Assembly (NCBI GenBank): GCA_965218795.1
Contig: OZ244653.1
Span: 4,832,001 to 4,896,000 of the forward strand
Origin: a bacterium
GTDB taxonomy: Bacteria; UBA8248; JACPRG01; G963555815
Direction of reading: 5' to 3'
DNA: 64,000 bases
The stretch's first letter is position 1. Every line of letters begins with the position of its first letter. Both the position numbers and the translations under genes were made by a program. Below the pieces are notes generated by a model. It worked only from the letters and a program-made list of their open reading frames with translations. It was not told where the DNA came from and did no database searches. Of this stretch, positions 60,836 through 64,000 are shown one piece after another.

Positions 60836-60865
60836 TTGTCCAGATTTTATGACTGGTCGTATAAT
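60836..60865 (+). promoter_or_regulatory. Promoter of the toxin-antitoxin operon with overlapping imperfect palindrome
   Basis: TTGTCC-18 bp-TATAAT; TATGAC-TG-GTCGTA imperfect inverted repeat. Confidence 0.55.
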
Positions 60866-60891
60866 ATGGCTATTCAAGACGGAGGAGCGAT

Positions 60892-61116
60892 ATGAAAACG
60901 ATTGGAGCCGCAAAGTTCAAGGAGCAGTGCCTGGCGTTGTTGGACCGGCTTGACGCGGAAGGCTTGATCGTCACCAAGCACGGCAAGCCGGTCGCGCGCG
61001 TCGTTCCCTATGAGCAGCAGTGCGCCGACCTGATCGGCAGCCTGCAACACAAGATCGAACTCCGTGGCGATATCTTTACGACCGGCCTCCGCTGGGATGC
61101 AGATGCTCAATCTTGA
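60892..61116 (+). CDS. Phd/YefM-family antitoxin
   Basis: AAKFKEQCLALLD, VTKHGKPVARVVP. Confidence 0.9.
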   Translation: MKTIGAAKFKEQCLALLDRLDAEGLIVTKHGKPVARVVPYEQQCADLIGSLQHKIELRGDIFTTGLRWDADAQS

Positions 61117-61465
61117 CACGCACATTCTCGTCCTCGCGGTCGGTGGTGAGCTCCGGCCGTCCGAGCGGACCCTTTTGGCGCGGAGCAGGTGGTCCGTTTC
61201 CGCCATCGTGTTGTGGGAACTGGCCAAGCTCGTTCAACTCGGCCGGATGGATATCGACCTCGACGACCGTGAGGTCGTCCGCGTATTGAACCGCGTGCAC
61301 GTTTGGCCGATTGACCTCGCCATTGCGTGCGCATCGACCCGCCTCGACTTCGAGGGCGACCCGGCGGACGAGATCATTGCCGCTACCAGCGTCGTGCATA
61401 ACGTGCCGCTGCTCACACGCGACCGAGTCATCCGGGGGTCGAAGATTGTTCCGCTGGCCGCGTAG
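61103..61465 (+). CDS. VapC/PIN-domain toxin
   Basis: LDTH, SAIVLWE, DPADEIIAAT, LLTRD; overlaps the antitoxin end. Confidence 0.92.
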   Translation: MLNLDTHILVLAVGGELRPSERTLLARSRWSVSAIVLWELAKLVQLGRMDIDLDDREVVRVLNRVHVWPIDLAIACASTRLDFEGDPADEIIAATSVVHNVPLLTRDRVIRGSKIVPLAA

Positions 61466-61528
61466 ACCCAAACGCGGATCCGTAGGATGAAGAAGCACCT
61501 GAGCGCACCGAAGTAAAAGGTCAATAAA

Positions 61529-61655
61529 ACGGGAGCAGCACACTTCACCGTAACCGTTGGCGGAAAGATCGCATTCGGCGACACCGACGCTGAACCGTTG
61601 CTCGGGGTGACCGCCTTGGAGTCGGTGCGGTAGAGAGGTGGACCCGCGCAATCAG
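61529..61655 (+). pseudogene. Collapsed clan-AA (retropepsin-like) aspartic protease relic
   Basis: GAAHFTVTV joined to FGDTDAEPLLGVTALESV, then frameshifted EVDPRNQ; catalytic DTG segment absent. Confidence 0.55.
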
Positions 61656-61661
61656 ATCATA

Positions 61662-62080
61662 TGTACGACCAGGCATCTTCCCGAACAAATGATATCTTGC
61701 AAAGGGGAAACGAGCTCCCCCGGAGGCCTGCCCTTGGCGGTCATTCCTGCGCAAGCAGGAATCCAGAGCATTTGAGTAGGGGGGTCGGGAGGGATGGACG
61801 AAGCAGAAGGGGAGCGGCGGTGTTCTGAGCGACTGCGATGCCCGGACTTCCTCGGACAAGGCGCCCGAGCGCGCTGCGGCGGTGGTTCACAACGATGTTG
61901 CCGCCCCAGTACGAGGCCCGGGCAATCTCCGTGAATGACGGTCCTGACCGACAACGGCCGGGAGTCCCACGGGAAGGACGGGTTGAGGGGGCGCGTGGTT
62001 TGGGGACGCCTCGTCAAGCGGTCCTTTTCCTGGATTCCTGCGGAAGCAGGAATCCAGGGGGTAGGCAAGCAGGCGGCAGA
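61662..62080. repeat. Composite repeat cluster (73-bp module plus palindromes)
   Basis: 61662-61734 matches 22239-22311 with 5 mismatches; GTCATTCCTGCGCAAGCAGGAATCCAG; GGTTTGGGGACGCCTCGTCAAGCG module. Confidence 0.85.
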
Positions 62081-62165
62081 CAGTCTCTGAAGTTCTACAA
62101 CAACGAGCGCCCTCATCAGGGCTGCCCCAACATGGGCAGCCGGCCCATCGTCACGGTAGGGAAGA
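61845..62165 (+). mobile_element. Degraded IS481-like (rve integrase) transposase remnant interrupted by repeats
   Basis: Fragments HNDV..QYEA..VLTDNGRE and FYNNERPHQG..NMGSRPI. Confidence 0.65.
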
Positions 62166-62169
62166 AACC

Positions 62170-62643
62170 CTATTCTTTTCCATCCGCGACGGCCTGGACG
62201 GCCTCGATGATTTTGGCGTATCCGGTGCAGCGACAGAGGTTGCCCGCCAGGTAGTGCTTGATCTCATCCTCGCTGGGGTGGGGGTTCTCCTCCAGCAACT
62301 GAATCGAGGCCATGATCATCCCCGGCGTGCAGTACCCGCACTGGATCGCCCAGCGCTTGATGAAGCTCTCCTGCATCGGGTGCAGTCCCCCGTCCGGTCC
62401 CTTCACCCCCTCGATCGTCTCCACCGGCTTGTCCTTCACCCGAACCGCCAGCGTCAAGCAACCGCTCACCAACTCACCGTCCACCTTCACCGTGCACGTC
62501 CCGCACACACCCATGTCGCAGCCCTTCTTCGCACCCGTCAGATGAAGGTCCTCGCGAAGGGTGTCCAGCAGGCTCTTCTTCGGCTCGATGGCCGCCTCGC
62601 GCTCCTCGCCGTTCACATGCAACGTCACCAACCGCTTCGCCAT
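62170..62643 (-). CDS. XDH/CoxS-family 2x[2Fe-2S] subunit
   Basis: CDMGVCGTC, QCGYCTPG, NLCRCTGY. Confidence 0.95.
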   Translation of the reverse strand: MAKRLVTLHVNGEEREAAIEPKKSLLDTLREDLHLTGAKKGCDMGVCGTCTVKVDGELVSGCLTLAVRVKDKPVETIEGVKGPDGGLHPMQESFIKRWAIQCGYCTPGMIMASIQLLEENPHPSEDEIKHYLAGNLCRCTGYAKIIEAVQAVADGKE

Positions 62644-62664
62644 CGCCTCGTCCCTTTTCCCCGC

Positions 62665-63537
62665 TCAGTGAGAACCGTTCCCCGAAAGCGCCGCCTGCAA
62701 CGTGCGACGCAAGAACACCCCCACCATCGCTCGCTTGTACTCCGCCGAACCACGAATGTCGCTGATCGGCTCCACCGAACCCTTCGCCAGCTCACCCGCC
62801 TCGGAAAGCACCGATTCACTCAACTCCTTGCCCCGCAAATACGACTCCGCCTCGCTCAGCCGCTGCGGCGTCGCCACCGCCGCGCCCACCGACAGACGGA
62901 CATCCTTGCACGTCCGACCGTCCGACTCCGTCAACACCGCAGCGCCCACCGACAGCGCCGGCTTGTCCTCCTTCGAGCGCGTCGTGAACTTGGTGTAGGA
63001 CGTCCGCCAGCCCGGCCCCAGACGCGGCACACGTATCTCCGTCAACAACTCGTCCGCCTCCACGCACGTCTCGTAGTAGTCGGTGAAAAAATCGTTGATC
63101 GATACCCGACGCTCACCGCCCTTCTTCTTCAACACCAACTCCGCCTCCATCGCCATCAGCGCCGCAGGAGGGTCCGCCGCAGGCTCGGCAAAACACAGGT
63201 TCCCGCCAATCGTCCCCTGGTTGCGAATCCGTATCGTCCCCACCCGGTGAAACGCCTCCGACAACAACGGGTAGCCCGACGCCACCGCCGCGTCGTTCTC
63301 GATCACTCGGTGAGGCGTCAAGGCCCCGATCGACAGCGCCTCCCCCTCCTCACGAACGTAACGCAACCCGGACAACTCACCAATGTCGATCAGGTAGGCA
63401 GGAGAAAAGAGCCGCTGCTTCAGCACGATCAACAACGCCACCCCGCCGGCAATCAGCTTGCCGTCATCGGCGTGCTCGCTCAGCGCGTCCAGCGCCTCCG
63501 ACTCGCTCGTGCAACTCAATAACTCAAAATTCCGCAT
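62665..63537 (-). CDS. XDH/CoxM-family FAD subunit
   Basis: IAGG, IRNQGTIGGN, DIRGSAEYK. Confidence 0.93.
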   Translation of the reverse strand: MRNFELLSCTSESEALDALSEHADDGKLIAGGVALLIVLKQRLFSPAYLIDIGELSGLRYVREEGEALSIGALTPHRVIENDAAVASGYPLLSEAFHRVGTIRIRNQGTIGGNLCFAEPAADPPAALMAMEAELVLKKKGGERRVSINDFFTDYYETCVEADELLTEIRVPRLGPGWRTSYTKFTTRSKEDKPALSVGAAVLTESDGRTCKDVRLSVGAAVATPQRLSEAESYLRGKELSESVLSEAGELAKGSVEPISDIRGSAEYKRAMVGVFLRRTLQAALSGNGSH

Positions 63538-63827
63538 GATGTCGCCTCTTGACGCCGATTGAGCAACCGGCCGTTCGGGTATTGAGACAGGGTAATACGC
63601 ATGTGGGGATTCCTCACAACAGCGTATGACCTGATTCGAAGGCAATTTCGAGACAAGTTGAAGGTTAGCGAATTCAGCGGAAATCTGTCAACCCCGTCAA
63701 GGGAGGCGCTCCGGCCGGGTATCTTGGAAGCGCCTCTCAGGTCGAACGGGTCCGCTCTCTCCGGTTGGCCGAAAATTATGATAGAGTATCGTCTCTTCAA
63801 ATTCGGGCGGGCGGAGAATTCCAGGGC

Positions 63828-64000
63828 ATGAGCGACTTGGACCAGTATCGCGTGGGGGTGGACACCGGTGGAACCTTCACCGACGTGGTGATCATTCACG
63901 AAGGGACGGGAGAGTTCTTCAGCACGAAAGTGTCCAGTACCCCCGAGGACCCCTCCCTGGCTTTGGTTCAAGGAATCCGGAAGGCCATGACCCAGATGGG
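63828..64000 (+). CDS. Hydantoinase A/oxoprolinase-family subunit, N-terminal part (runs off window)
   Basis: MSDLDQYRVGVDTGGTFTDVV...KVSSTPEDPS. Confidence 0.88.
   Translation, partial: MSDLDQYRVGVDTGGTFTDVVIIHEGTGEFFSTKVSSTPEDPSLALVQGIRKAMTQM

Overview
This is a GC-rich bacterial window, possibly from a Nitrospinota/Tectomicrobia-like or deltaproteobacterial host-associated lineage (inference only). Positions 1-9.2 kb are core housekeeping on the minus strand: tRNA-Arg/His/Lys/Leu, tig-clpP-clpX-lon, tRNA-Val, thrS-infC-rpmI. The remaining ~55 kb is mostly accessory catabolism, with rluD embedded. It holds a BMP nucleoside-type ABC importer and a DMSO-reductase-family Mo enzyme operon (catalytic, 4Fe-4S, NrfD-type anchor) continuing into a MoaD-like protein and a split ComDE-like ThDP decarboxylase. 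A Sel1-repeat lipoprotein-protease lies between 110-bp direct repeats. Next come a Liv-type ABC importer, a hydantoinase A/B, CoA-ligase, thiolase relic, UbiD and xanthine-dehydrogenase-family cluster resembling indole/N-heterocycle catabolism, and the collapsed relic of a 2-aminobenzoyl-CoA (abm-like) cluster. Further along are a divergent second UbiD with an amidohydrolase, more hydantoinase subunits, a Rieske oxygenase with an SsuA/THI5-type ABC importer, a Phd-VapC toxin-antitoxin pair and orphan coxM/coxS-like genes. Many pseudogenes keep both termini but have lost their middles. A modular palindromic repeat family occurs at four loci. Family assignments come from motif recognition, not database searches.
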